A stretch of 64,000 nucleotides of DNA from an uncultured Clostridia bacterium (GCA_947037025.1 CAMQSU010000003.1:662-64661); one strand, 5' to 3'. Positions 9,151 to 19,373 are shown, counted from the stretch's first letter. The notes: generated from the sequence alone by a model not told the origin. Numbers and translations are program-made.

Positions 9151-9926
9151 GTAAAACTATAAAGAATTCATTACTAACATTGCTAGTATTTGTTTTAATA
9201 GGTGCTAGTATTCTTACTACTTATTTGGTTACAATTAAATATATCAAGCCAGAAGCGGTGACTCAGGAAGTCACCGTTGAAGACTTGAGTTTTGCCTATG
9301 CAAAAGCTGCTGAAATAGCTGTACCATCTTCCGTAATAGTAAGAAGTACTGGCTCGCAAGGTAGCGGTGTTATCGTTGGTGATAATTTAGTGCTTACCAA
9401 TGACCACGTTGTAGGGACTTCTGTAAATGTTGAAATTATAGTAATTAATAAAGATGATAAATTTGTTACTCATAAGGGAAAAGTTTTGGCTGAGCCAGTA
9501 CATTCTTTATATAGTAATATTGACTTAGCATTAATTCAAATTACTGGCATAGGTCTTCCTGATTTTAACGCTCCTATCGTTTTAGGGAATATTGATAGCG
9601 TGGATTTTGGTACTAGCTCACTTATGGTTGGTAACCCAAGAGGCATTGGTTTGCTAGCATCAAAAGCAATGGTTTCTAATCCTCATGTAATTATCCCTAA
9701 TGACAGTGGTATTAATTTTAATTATCTAGCAATAGATGCGCCAGTGAACGCCGGAAACTCTGGTGGTGGACTTTATAACTTGCGTGGTGAGCTTATCGGT
9801 ATTGTGACACTTCGTCAAAAATCTGATGCAAATGATAATGCAGATACTGTATTCGGTATTGGTTTTGCTTTAAGGATTGATGATATTACTGCCTATTTAG
9901 CAAGATATAGTCAACTTACTGCATAA
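9147..9926 (+). CDS. Membrane-anchored trypsin-like serine protease (HtrA-type domain, no PDZ)
   Basis: GSGVI, TNDHV, DLAL, NAGNSGG triad motifs; N-terminal TM. Confidence 0.9.
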   Translation: MSKTIKNSLLTLLVFVLIGASILTTYLVTIKYIKPEAVTQEVTVEDLSFAYAKAAEIAVPSSVIVRSTGSQGSGVIVGDNLVLTNDHVVGTSVNVEIIVINKDDKFVTHKGKVLAEPVHSLYSNIDLALIQITGIGLPDFNAPIVLGNIDSVDFGTSSLMVGNPRGIGLLASKAMVSNPHVIIPNDSGINFNYLAIDAPVNAGNSGGGLYNLRGELIGIVTLRQKSDANDNADTVFGIGFALRIDDITAYLARYSQLTA

Positions 9927-9985
9927 TAATTATAGCAGTAAGCAGTATAATCAAACGGATTAATAACCAAAAAAAAACAAGGTGA

Positions 9986-10585
9986 GTGAATATGTTAATT
10001 GTAATAGGTGGTGGCAGTATGAGAGAAATGCCGCTAGTAAATGATTATATTGTCAGCCTTCTTGCTGATATCAGGATAAAAGAGGAGCGCAAACCATGCA
10101 TTTTGTTTTTTCCTACAGCAAGTTTTGAGAGCAAACCATATGTTAATTCATTTAACCGAGAGTTTAAAACAAGGCTAAAGTGCAAGACTACTTGCGGGCT
10201 TTGGCTAGCGGGCGAGATGGATTATGATCATATAAAAGAAAAGTTTGATAAAGTAGATGCGATTTATATTGGCGGAGGTCGGTATGATGTGCTCGTAGAT
10301 GAGTTTAGTAAGATGAAAATTGATAAACTGCTCAAAGATTTTCATAATCGCGGCGGACTTATCATTGGTAACAGTGCAGGAGGGATGCTGCTTTTTGAGC
10401 GGAGTGTTTCTGATTATAAAATACTGTCTGGTGAATCTACTGATTATGAAATTGCTAGCGGATATGGACTGATTAAAGGATGTTTCTGTCCGCATTGTGA
10501 TGAGCCACTTAGGCAAAAATTTGCTCTAGATAATGACATTACTGATGTAGTTATGCTTGCAGAGTATGACTACTTGGTATATTGA
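9986..10585 (+). CDS. Peptidase E / S51 family
   Basis: IGGG, FPTAS, YIGGG, GNSAG, CPH motifs. Confidence 0.85.
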   Translation: MNMLIVIGGGSMREMPLVNDYIVSLLADIRIKEERKPCILFFPTASFESKPYVNSFNREFKTRLKCKTTCGLWLAGEMDYDHIKEKFDKVDAIYIGGGRYDVLVDEFSKMKIDKLLKDFHNRGGLIIGNSAGGMLLFERSVSDYKILSGESTDYEIASGYGLIKGCFCPHCDEPLRQKFALDNDITDVVMLAEYDYLVY

Positions 10586-10603
10586 GATAAAAATAGATAC
10601 GAG

Positions 10604-11887
10604 GTGAATATGGCAAAAATACTTACTGTTGCTAAAGGAAGTATAGCAGAGGGGTTAGGTATAAAAATTAATGATGAGCTGATAGCTTTTGATGGCACGC
10701 CTATTGTGGACGTGCTTGATTATTGTTATTATGACGGCTCTAGTGAATTTGTCATGACGGTTAAAATGGGCGGAGTGATAGTTGATATTAATGTTGTAAA
10801 AGAGGACTATGATACTATCGGGATTGAATTAGATGAAAGTATGGATTTGACTCCTATTAGTTGCAAAAATAAATGCAAGTTTTGTTTTGTTGACCAATTG
10901 CCGAAAGGAATGCGTGATACTTTATATGTTAAGGATGATGATTATAGATTATCATTTGTCAGCGGAAATTTTATCACATTATCAAATGTTTGCGATAGTG
11001 AGATTGAGAGAATTATAAGATTAAAATTATCTCCGCTATACGTATCAGTACACGCAACGGATGCTAGAATTAAAACTGCACTTGTTGCAAATCCGGAAGG
11101 CGGAAAGACTTTCGAAAAGATTAAGCATTTGACAAGTCACGGAATTAAAATCAATACCCAAATCGTAATGGCACCTGATGAAAATGATGGCGAAATCCTT
11201 AAAAAGACACTAACGGACTTAGCTAGTTTGATGCCGATGGTGATGACTTGTGCAGTAGTTCCGGTAGGGCTTACTAAGCATAGAGAAGGGTTATATCAAT
11301 TGAAGGCAGTCGACAAAGCAAAGGCTTGCGAGAGTATAAAGATTGTAGAGCAAATTAATGAGCAATTCGGTCAGTTTGCTTGGTGTAGTGATGAGTTTTA
11401 TATTAAAGGTGATGTTAATCTTCCTAAATATTCTGAGTACGGCGACTTTGACCAGATAGAAAACGGCGTAGGTATGATACGAATGTTTGAGTACGATTTG
11501 CAGGTGGGGCTTGATAATCAAAAGCCATCACGGAAAAAAAAGAGTGTAAGTTTAATAACAGGCGTATCTTTTGAACCATTACTTAGTAAATATATCAGCC
11601 TTATAACTGATAAGTACAGTAGGCTTGACATTGATGTCAATGCTGTTAAAAATGATTTTTTTGGTGAGAGTATTACCGTTGCAGGCTTAATTACAGCGGG
11701 CGACATCATCAAACAATATAAAGGCAAGCTTAAGACAAATATTATCTTGCCATCTACAATGTTACGGGAATTTACCACTACTTTTTTGGACGGGGTTTCA
11801 ATTAAAGAGTTAGAGCTTGCGCTTGGCGCAAAAGTGCATGTTGCACAGAGCGGCGAACATCTAATTAAGATTATCGCAAGCATTTAG
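10604..11887 (+). CDS. PDZ/radical-SAM-like DUF512 protein
   Basis: CxNxCxFCFVDQLPKGMRxTLYVKDDDYRLSF, QIENGVG; usual neighbour of der. Confidence 0.9.
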   Translation: MNMAKILTVAKGSIAEGLGIKINDELIAFDGTPIVDVLDYCYYDGSSEFVMTVKMGGVIVDINVVKEDYDTIGIELDESMDLTPISCKNKCKFCFVDQLPKGMRDTLYVKDDDYRLSFVSGNFITLSNVCDSEIERIIRLKLSPLYVSVHATDARIKTALVANPEGGKTFEKIKHLTSHGIKINTQIVMAPDENDGEILKKTLTDLASLMPMVMTCAVVPVGLTKHREGLYQLKAVDKAKACESIKIVEQINEQFGQFAWCSDEFYIKGDVNLPKYSEYGDFDQIENGVGMIRMFEYDLQVGLDNQKPSRKKKSVSLITGVSFEPLLSKYISLITDKYSRLDIDVNAVKNDFFGESITVAGLITAGDIIKQYKGKLKTNIILPSTMLREFTTTFLDGVSIKELELALGAKVHVAQSGEHLIKIIASI

Positions 11888-11895
11888 GAGGAAGT

Positions 11896-13218
11896 ATGAT
11901 TAAACCATTAGTTGCCATCGTAGGTAGACCAAACGTCGGAAAATCGACATTTTTTAATAAAGTAATTGGTAGAAGAGTTTCTATCGTAGAGGATAAACCG
12001 GGAGTTACTCGTGACAGGTTGTATTATGATACAGAGTGGTGTGGCTTCAACTTTACCATCATTGACACGGGCGGTCTTGAGATTAAGAGTGATGACGAAA
12101 TGTGGATGCACATTAGAGAGCAAGCGGAAATCGCTGTCGATGTTGCAGATGTTATCGTTATGTTTGTTGATGGCAGACAAGGACTTATCTCTGATGATAT
12201 GGATATTGCTAACTTTTTAAGACGTAGCAAAAAGCCAATCGTTCTTGCTGTTAATAAGCTAGATAGTAATGAAGTAGAAAAGACTTTTGACTTTTACGAG
12301 TTAGGTCTTGGCGTACCTTACGCACTATCAAGCGAGCAAGGTAAGGGAATTGGCGATCTTTTGGATGTGATATGTGAGAATTTGCCGAAAATTTCTGATG
12401 ATGTTGATAGTGATGTTATTAATATCGCTGTTGTCGGCAGACCAAATGCGGGCAAGAGCAGTATGGTTAATAAAATGTTAGGATATGATCGTGTTATCGT
12501 TAGTGCAATTGCGGGTACAACTCGTGATGCTATTGATACTGCGTTTACCTATCAGGAAGGAAAATACAATATCATCGACACTGCGGGCATGCGCCGTAAA
12601 AGCAGAATTGATGAGAGTGTGGAAAGTTACAGCGTTATGAGAAGTCTAGCTGCGGTTAGACGTTGCGATATTTGTCTAATTGTTGTTGACGCCTCAGAGC
12701 CACTTAGTGAGCAAGATGTTAGAATTTGCGGCTACGTTCATGAGCAAGGTAAGCCATCAGTTATATTAATGAATAAGTGGGATACTATAGAAAAAGATAC
12801 TCACACAATCAATAAGTTTGAGATGATTTTGCAAGAAGATTTAAAGTTTATGGATTATTTTGTATCTATTTATGTATCAGCAAAGACTGGTCAAAGAGTT
12901 AGAAATATCATGAGCGAAGTAATTGCAGTACATGACGAAGCGTCAAAACGTGTTACGACTGGTGTACTTAATGATGTTATTCAGGATGCAGTTACGCTTG
13001 TTGAGCCACCAGCTCATAATGGCAAAAGACTTAAAGTTTTATTTGCGACACAGCACAGTGCAAACCCTCCTACTTTCATCTTTTTTGTAAACGATGTGGA
13101 GATAATTCACTTCTCATATAAGAGATATTTAGAGAATGTAATCAGAAAAACTTTTGAGTTTAGAGGTACTCCTATCAGACTTATTTTCAGAAATAAAAAT
13201 GAGAAAGAAGGCTATTAA
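11896..13218 (+). CDS. der: Ribosome biogenesis GTPase Der (EngA)
   Basis: Two G domains (GRPNVGKS, GRPNAGKS) and C-terminal KH-like domain. Confidence 0.98.
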   Translation: MIKPLVAIVGRPNVGKSTFFNKVIGRRVSIVEDKPGVTRDRLYYDTEWCGFNFTIIDTGGLEIKSDDEMWMHIREQAEIAVDVADVIVMFVDGRQGLISDDMDIANFLRRSKKPIVLAVNKLDSNEVEKTFDFYELGLGVPYALSSEQGKGIGDLLDVICENLPKISDDVDSDVINIAVVGRPNAGKSSMVNKMLGYDRVIVSAIAGTTRDAIDTAFTYQEGKYNIIDTAGMRRKSRIDESVESYSVMRSLAAVRRCDICLIVVDASEPLSEQDVRICGYVHEQGKPSVILMNKWDTIEKDTHTINKFEMILQEDLKFMDYFVSIYVSAKTGQRVRNIMSEVIAVHDEASKRVTTGVLNDVIQDAVTLVEPPAHNGKRLKVLFATQHSANPPTFIFFVNDVEIIHFSYKRYLENVIRKTFEFRGTPIRLIFRNKNEKEGY

Positions 13219-13453
13219 TTAGTTTTTTACGTTAATTTGTCTATCAGTTTTAATAATGTTTTAATTAGTTTAGTAGATGATTTGTTTTTAATTAAAAACT
13301 ATATTAACTGCAGCTGTTAGGTTCATATTCAAACTAATTGCGCTAGATGTGATAAAAATTTTACTAATTTCAGTAATATTATGTCAAAAAATAATTGACG
13401 GCATATTATATTATATGGTATTATGTCAATATCAGTATTCGGAGGTTTTATTC

Positions 13454-14731
13454 ATGATTTATAAAGATCAGACTAAAGAGGTTTTAGAAAATGAGCTAAA
13501 AATAGAAAAAGGTATTTATGAGGGGATTCTTAAAGAGAATGTCAGCATTGATATTTCAAGAGGTAAGCCTTGCAGCGAGCAGCTTGACCTTTCTAATGAA
13601 TTAATGAGTATTTTAAGCACAACTGTTCTTCCAGCTGGTGCTGCCGATGTTAGAAACTACGGCGGCCTTGAGGGATTAATGGCTATGCGTGAAATTTTTG
13701 CGGATATTTTAGGCGTTAAACCTAATCAGGTTATCGCCGGAGATAACAGCAGCCTTAAAATGATGTACGACACTGTGCAGAGTTGTATGCAGTTTGGTAC
13801 TTTGGGCAGCACACCTTGGAATAAACTTGATAAAGTCAAGTTCCTTTGTCCATCTCCAGGCTATGATAGGCACTTTACTGTAGCTTCTGCTTTTGGTATC
13901 GAGCTTGTAACTGTACCTATTAATGAGTTCGGCCCTGTTATGGATATCGTTGAGGCTTTAGTTGTTTCCGATGCTAGCATTAAAGGTATTTGGTGCGTTC
14001 CTAAGTACTCTAACCCTACTGGCGTTACTTTTAGTGATGAAGTAGTTGAAAGGCTAGCTAAAATGGAATGTGCAGCTGATGATTTCAGGATTTTTTGGGA
14101 TAATGCTTACATTGTTCATGACCTATATGATGAAAAAGTTACTTTGAAAAATATTTACAATTCTTGCGTTAACGCAGAGACTACTGATAGAGTATTTATG
14201 TTTGCAAGTACATCTAAAATAACTCTACCGGGAGCGGGCGTTGCTTGCTTTGCAGGTAGTGAAGCGAATGTTGCGGATATTATCAGCAGAATGAAATTTC
14301 AGACTATCGGGCCAAATAAAGTCAATCAGCTAGCGCATGCACAGTTTTTAAAAGATGCTGACGGCGTTCGTGCACTGATGAAGAAACATGCAGATATTAT
14401 TCGTCCTAAGTTTCAAGCAATAATTAATGTGCTAGAAGATGAGTTCCGTGATAGTGATATCGCAAGCTGGAGCAACCCTCTAGGTGGATACTTCATTAGC
14501 TATAATGTTATGACTGGTTGCGCTAAGAGAGTTTATGAGCTATGCAAAAAAGCTGGGCTTGTAATTACTACTGTTGGCGATACATATCCGTATGGTCGTG
14601 ATGATAGAGATAGTAATATCCGTATCGCACCGACTTGCACTAACACTAATGAGCTTGATAAAGCTTGTCAAATACTAGTTTGCAGTACTAAAATTGCTTG
14701 TCTTGAGAAAATTGTATCAGAAAACGAGTAA
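13454..14731 (+). CDS. PLP-dependent class I aminotransferase (aspartate aminotransferase-like)
   Basis: SRGKP, PGYDRHF, VPKYSNPTG, WDNAY, STSKIT; ATG after GGAGG. Confidence 0.88.
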   Translation: MIYKDQTKEVLENELKIEKGIYEGILKENVSIDISRGKPCSEQLDLSNELMSILSTTVLPAGAADVRNYGGLEGLMAMREIFADILGVKPNQVIAGDNSSLKMMYDTVQSCMQFGTLGSTPWNKLDKVKFLCPSPGYDRHFTVASAFGIELVTVPINEFGPVMDIVEALVVSDASIKGIWCVPKYSNPTGVTFSDEVVERLAKMECAADDFRIFWDNAYIVHDLYDEKVTLKNIYNSCVNAETTDRVFMFASTSKITLPGAGVACFAGSEANVADIISRMKFQTIGPNKVNQLAHAQFLKDADGVRALMKKHADIIRPKFQAIINVLEDEFRDSDIASWSNPLGGYFISYNVMTGCAKRVYELCKKAGLVITTVGDTYPYGRDDRDSNIRIAPTCTNTNELDKACQILVCSTKIACLEKIVSENE

Positions 14732-14902
14732 TTTATCATAAATCGTGTTATATTTTGCGATGCAGCACCATATAATATATATATAATTGTTATCAACAGT
14801 CAAATAGCTTGATAGGTTTTGCCTTTGAAGCTAATAACTTTGATAGATTAACATCAAAATTAATTTATCGGAATATTTTTTTAAGAAAGTTTGTGAAATC
14901 AC

Positions 14903-14931
14903 TTGACAAATTAGTGATAATTTACTATACT
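14903..14931 (+). promoter_or_regulatory. Sigma-A promoter of tRNA-Asn
   Basis: TTGACA-17 bp-TATACT. Confidence 0.8.
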
Positions 14932-14959
14932 ATGCTAGTAACATTTAATAAAATATTTT

Positions 14960-15035
14960 GCCTTAATAGCTCAGTTGGTAGAGCATGCGGCTGTTAACCG
15001 CAGGGTCACAGGTTCGAGTCCTGTTTAAGGCGCCA
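14960..15035 (+). tRNA. tRNA-Asn (GTT)
   Basis: GCCTTAA/TTAAGGC acceptor stem, TGCGG-CTGTTAA-CCGCA anticodon arm, GGTTCGAGTCC T arm, encoded CCA. Confidence 0.97.
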
Positions 15036-15038
15036 AAT

Positions 15039-15065
15039 TAACCACTAGTTTACTAGTGGTTTTTT
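15039..15065 (+). terminator. tRNA terminator
   Basis: AACCACTAG/CTAGTGGTT stem plus T-run. Confidence 0.85.
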
Positions 15066-15342
15066 GCTGCCCAAAAATTAAAAAAAAATGGTGAATGCGC
15101 ATAAAATAACTATTTTTATTAAAGTCTTCTGCAATATTTCACATGTTAGATATTGCAGAAATATGGTATAGTGCAAATTCAAATGTAAAATATTTTTAGT
15201 TTGTCAATTTCTGGTAATTGTTCTTTACAAAATGTTTAACATATTGTATAATGTAAGCAGAATAAAAAATTATCGCATTTTGCATTTTGGCGACTGGGCT
15301 TGCTCAGTTTTTATTATTGCTGCGATATGGAGGAGTAGTATT

Positions 15343-15549
15343 ATGGCAAAATTAATTTTTAATAAAATGCTTTGTAAGAGTTGCGGACTGTGCGTGAGTG
15401 TATGTCCAAAACAAATTATAAGCATTAGTAAAAGTGAAATCAATAGTAAAGGATATTTCGTATCAGAATTAATTGATACGGAAAAGTGCATCGGTTGTGC
15501 GTTTTGTGCAATGATGTGCCCAGACAGCGTTATAGAGGTGGAGAAATAA
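15343..15549 (+). CDS. 2[4Fe-4S] ferredoxin, delta subunit of 2-oxoacid:ferredoxin oxidoreductase
   Basis: Two CxxCxxCxxxCP motifs; ATG after GGAGG. Confidence 0.92.
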   Translation: MAKLIFNKMLCKSCGLCVSVCPKQIISISKSEINSKGYFVSELIDTEKCIGCAFCAMMCPDSVIEVEK

Positions 15550-16613
15550 TGGAAGAGAAGAAATTATTAAAGGGTAATGAGGCTATAGCAGAGGCGGCAA
15601 TCCGTGGTGGTTGTAGGGCATTTTTTGGCTATCCAATTACTCCTCAAAACGAAATCCCAGAGTATATGTCTTTCCGTATGCCGGAAGTAGGCGGAGTTTT
15701 TATTCAGTCGGAGAGCGAAGTTAGCGCCATTAATATGGTATACGGCGCTGCAGGGTCAGGCGCTAGAGCGATGACAAGTAGTAGTTCACCAGGTATTTCG
15801 CTAAAGCAAGAAGGTATCAGCTATATTGCTGGTGCGGAAGTTCCTTGCGTTATCGTTAATATGGTTCGCTCAGGTCCAGGTCTTGGCGGCATTCAACCTG
15901 CTCAGTGTGATTATTTTCAATCAGTAAAAGGTGGCGGTCACGGAGATTATAAGATGCTAGTTTACGGCCCAAATAGCGTTCAGGAATGCGTTGATATTAT
16001 GTACAATGCCTTTGATAAGGCGTTTGAGTATCGTATGCCAGTTATGATTTTGGGTGATGGTATGTTAGGTCAAATCATGGAGGCAGTAACACTTCCGCCA
16101 ATGAAAGATTTTTCTAATGTTCCAAATCCAGATTGGGCTGCAGATGGCACTAGATATGGAAATGACAGACGAGTTATTAACTCTTTGTACATTCAGCCGG
16201 ATGAGCTAGAGGCATTAAATCACAAATTATTTGCTAAGTATGATGTACTTCAAGAGAAGGAATGTATGTATGAGGAGTATCTATGCGAGGATGCGGAAAT
16301 CGTGATCACAGCCTACGGTACTGTCGCGAGAATTGCAAAGAGTGCAGTTGATATGCTACGTGAGTCTGGCGTTAAAGCGGGGCTTTTAAGACCTATTACA
16401 GTGTTCCCTTTCCCTAGCGACAGGTTCGCAAGACTTGCTAGCAGGAGTGAGGTTAAAAAGTTTGTATCCGTAGAGCTTTCTATGGGTCAGATGGTTGAGG
16501 ATGTTCGTCTTGCAGTAAATGGCAAAAAGCCAGTAGAGTTTTTCGGCAGATGTGGCGGTAATGTTATGACTGGCGAAGATATTGTTGAATATATTATCAA
16601 GGGGGGTAAGTAA
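15549..16613 (+). CDS. vorB: 2-oxoacid:ferredoxin oxidoreductase alpha-type subunit (VorB-like)
   Basis: KGNEAIAEAA, GYPITPQ, SSSPGISLKQE. Confidence 0.9.
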   Translation: MEEKKLLKGNEAIAEAAIRGGCRAFFGYPITPQNEIPEYMSFRMPEVGGVFIQSESEVSAINMVYGAAGSGARAMTSSSSPGISLKQEGISYIAGAEVPCVIVNMVRSGPGLGGIQPAQCDYFQSVKGGGHGDYKMLVYGPNSVQECVDIMYNAFDKAFEYRMPVMILGDGMLGQIMEAVTLPPMKDFSNVPNPDWAADGTRYGNDRRVINSLYIQPDELEALNHKLFAKYDVLQEKECMYEEYLCEDAEIVITAYGTVARIAKSAVDMLRESGVKAGLLRPITVFPFPSDRFARLASRSEVKKFVSVELSMGQMVEDVRLAVNGKKPVEFFGRCGGNVMTGEDIVEYIIKGGK

Positions 16614-16615
16614 TT

Positions 16616-17362
16616 ATGGCTAAGATATTTGAGAAACCAAAAATGCTAACTGATAAACCTACTCACTATTGCCCAGGTTGCACGCACGGTCAAGCACATA
16701 TTTTGACTGCTAGAGCAATTGATAAACTAAACGTTAAAAAAATTATTGGCGTTGCACCAGTTGGTTGTGCAGTGTTTGCTTATGAGTATTTTAATTGCGA
16801 TATGCAAGAGGCGGCTCATGGTCGCGCTCCAGCAGTTGCGACTGGTATTAAAAGAGTTATCCCTGATGCGATTGTATTTGCATATCAAGGTGATGGCGAT
16901 CTTGCAAGTATCGGTATGGCGGAAATCGTTCATGCTGCAGCACGTGGAGAGAACATCACTGTAATATTTGTAAACAATGCAATTTACGGTATGACAGGCG
17001 GACAAATGGCACCTACTACTATGATAGGTCAAAAGGCTACAACTTGCCAGTCAGGACGAAGTGTAGCGCTTAATGGATACCCTATCCATGTGAGTGAAAT
17101 GCTGTCACAACTTCAAGGACCATGCTATATTGAGCGAGTTTCTTGTCACGATGTAAAGCATATTAGACAAGCACAAAAAGCTGTAGATAAAGCATTCCAG
17201 AACCAAGTCGAGGGTAGAGGATTTAGTATGATTGAGATCCTTGCTACTTGTCCTACTAACTGGGGAATGAATCCTATAGAGTCAAATAAATATGTAGAGG
17301 AAGTTATGTGTAGCGTTTATCCGCTAGGCGTTTATAAAGATACTACTAAGGAGGAGGCGTAA
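16616..17362 (+). CDS. 2-oxoacid:ferredoxin oxidoreductase beta (TPP-binding) subunit
   Basis: YCPGC, HGRA, QGDGD...NNAIYGMTGGQ. Confidence 0.92.
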   Translation: MAKIFEKPKMLTDKPTHYCPGCTHGQAHILTARAIDKLNVKKIIGVAPVGCAVFAYEYFNCDMQEAAHGRAPAVATGIKRVIPDAIVFAYQGDGDLASIGMAEIVHAAARGENITVIFVNNAIYGMTGGQMAPTTMIGQKATTCQSGRSVALNGYPIHVSEMLSQLQGPCYIERVSCHDVKHIRQAQKAVDKAFQNQVEGRGFSMIEILATCPTNWGMNPIESNKYVEEVMCSVYPLGVYKDTTKEEA

Positions 17363-17363
17363 T

Positions 17364-17888
17364 ATGGAAGGAATAATTATCGCAGGCTTTGGTGGTCAAG
17401 GTGTACTTAGTTTAGGACAGTTTATTGCATACTCTGCAATGTATGAGGGAATGGAAGTTTCTTGGTTGCCATCGTATGGGCCAGAGATGCGTGGCGGAAC
17501 TGCTAACTGCAGTGTATGTGTAGATAAAAAACCTATTGCATCACCGATTATTAGCTCGCCTGATACATTAATTGCAATGAATATGCCTAGCCTTACTAAG
17601 TTTGCAAGCAAAGTTAAAAAAGGCGGAACTATTATCGTAAACAGCTCATTAATTACTGAAAAAGTTGATAGAGATGATGTACGTGTAATTTATGTAGATG
17701 CTAGTGATCTTGCTGTCAAAGTTAATAATCCTAAGGCGGCTAATTTAGTTATCTTTGGGGCTTATGTTAAAAATTGCAAAACTTTAGATAAAGCAAATGC
17801 AATAGTTACAATAGGAAAAATATTTGCTAAAAAACCTAAATTTCTTCAATCAAATATAGCAGCATTTGAAATAGGATTTGACCTATAA
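17364..17888 (+). CDS. 2-oxoacid:ferredoxin oxidoreductase gamma subunit
   Basis: AGFGGQGV, PSYGPEMRGGTA. Confidence 0.92.
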   Translation: MEGIIIAGFGGQGVLSLGQFIAYSAMYEGMEVSWLPSYGPEMRGGTANCSVCVDKKPIASPIISSPDTLIAMNMPSLTKFASKVKKGGTIIVNSSLITEKVDRDDVRVIYVDASDLAVKVNNPKAANLVIFGAYVKNCKTLDKANAIVTIGKIFAKKPKFLQSNIAAFEIGFDL

Positions 17889-17918
17889 TTAGTTGCGGTA
17901 AAATAATAAAAAAGTAGT

Positions 17919-17951
17919 AAAAAAGTCAGCAGTTAATGCTGACTTTTTTTT
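17919..17951 (+). terminator. Terminator of oxidoreductase operon
   Basis: AAGTCAGCA/TGCTGACTT stem plus T-run. Confidence 0.88.
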
Positions 17952-18333
17952 ATGCAAAACATTGCTAATGTATACTAAATAAATATACTGAAATAAAAGA
18001 GAATATTTTCTCTAAAAAAGCAGCATAATTGCATGAAAAAATTATTATTATAGATGTAATTAGTTGTAGTGATTATTAGTGCTATTTGTTAGTATAATAT
18101 TATATAATTTGTATATATGCATTATTAATACATGAACTGCAAGCATATTATGTAATTAGAGTATCAAAAGTATTAAATTAATTGAAAGCAAAAGCATAAT
18201 AGTATTATGACATAATGCAAGTAGATATTATAATAAAAAACAAGCACGAATAGTTGATAATTATTATAAACTTATTAAATATTATAATTGCAAAATACTT
18301 GCAATTAACAAATTAATATAGCAGCTTAAATGT

Positions 18334-18369
18334 AAAAAAAAAACTTTGACTTAATAGTCAAAGTTTTTT
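18334..18369 (-). terminator. Terminator of DUF1508 gene
   Basis: AAAACTTTGAC/GTCAAAGTTTT stem with A10 on plus strand. Confidence 0.85.
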
Positions 18370-18434
18370 GTATTATTAAAATATTTAATTTGCTAAATAT
18401 CAGTTTATTCAGCTGTTAATTTGTGCGATAATTA

Positions 18435-19373
18435 TTATACTTCAGTTTGATCTTCGATAACTGTAGCACTTGCTGCAAATCTGATTACTGAATCAATTGC
18501 ACTTTCACATGATTGTTTGTTAGGGCATGACTCGCCAACACCAATTAGCTTATTAGCACCACTGAATAACTTGTAACGGAATTTACCAGTCTTGTCAGCA
18601 TCAATACGGAAGTTCTCTTTGATTGCATTCTTTTGGAACGATTTAATGATTGTAGCACTTGGCTTATTTTTGTATTGCTCACTCTCAAAAAGTAGTTGTC
18701 CATTGTTTGCAAGTAGTTGGAACATATATGGTCTTTCAGCATTAAATGTGTTGCGTACAAGTGCATATTTTCCGAATGATTGTGTGTTATTATCTCCGTC
18801 TAAACTTTTTATAGTTTTAGCTTTTACTTCAGTCTTAGCGGCTACTTTTTCTGCAGGTTTTACACTATCAGATTTAGGAGCTACTACTGGAGCAGCTTTC
18901 TTCTCTACAACAGGGGCTACTACTGGAGCAGCTTTCTCTACAACAGGGGCTACTACTGGAGCAGCTTTTTTCTCTACAACAGGAGCAACTACTGGAGCAG
19001 CTTTCTTCTCTACAACAGGAGCTACTACTGGAGCAGCTTTCTTCTCTACAACAGGAGCAACTACTGGAGCAGCTTTCTTCTCTACAACAGGAGCAACTAC
19101 TGGAGCAGCTTTTTTCTCTACAACAGGAGCAACTACCGGAGCAGCTGGTGCATTATCAGATAATTCACTTGCAGATAAGTCAGTTTGAGTAGATGTAGTT
19201 GAAAGGTCATTAGTAACTTTGCCTTTTGACTTTCTGCTGTAATATACTGCTGTCATAATAATAAGTGTAGCAGCAACTACTGCTGCAGCGATAAGTATAA
19301 TTGTCAGCCAAGTGACACCTGGAAAAGCCTCTACGCTTAAAAAGCTACTTGTTAATATATTAGAAATGTTCAT
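18435..19373 (-). CDS. Membrane-anchored protein with AAPVVAPVVEKK repeats and C-terminal YegP/DUF1508-like domains
   Basis: N-terminal TM; FQLLANNGQLLFESEQY and FRYKLF...IGVGE..C..AIDSV; start moved to ATG after GGAGG. Confidence 0.8.
   Translation of the reverse strand: MNISNILTSSFLSVEAFPGVTWLTIILIAAAVVAATLIIMTAVYYSRKSKGKVTNDLSTTSTQTDLSASELSDNAPAAPVVAPVVEKKAAPVVAPVVEKKAAPVVAPVVEKKAAPVVAPVVEKKAAPVVAPVVEKKAAPVVAPVVEKAAPVVAPVVEKKAAPVVAPKSDSVKPAEKVAAKTEVKAKTIKSLDGDNNTQSFGKYALVRNTFNAERPYMFQLLANNGQLLFESEQYKNKPSATIIKSFQKNAIKENFRIDADKTGKFRYKLFSGANKLIGVGESCPNKQSCESAIDSVIRFAASATVIEDQTEV
18873..19146 (-). repeat. 36-bp coding tandem repeat (~7.5 copies, one unit 3 bp shorter)
   Basis: Repeated GGAGCwACTACTGGAGCAGCTTTyTTCTCTACAACA. 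Confidence 0.95.

Noticed and set aside
18592-19188. 198-aa ORF with TTGATTGAAFFS repeats
   Set aside because: Antisense shadow of the 36-bp coding repeat
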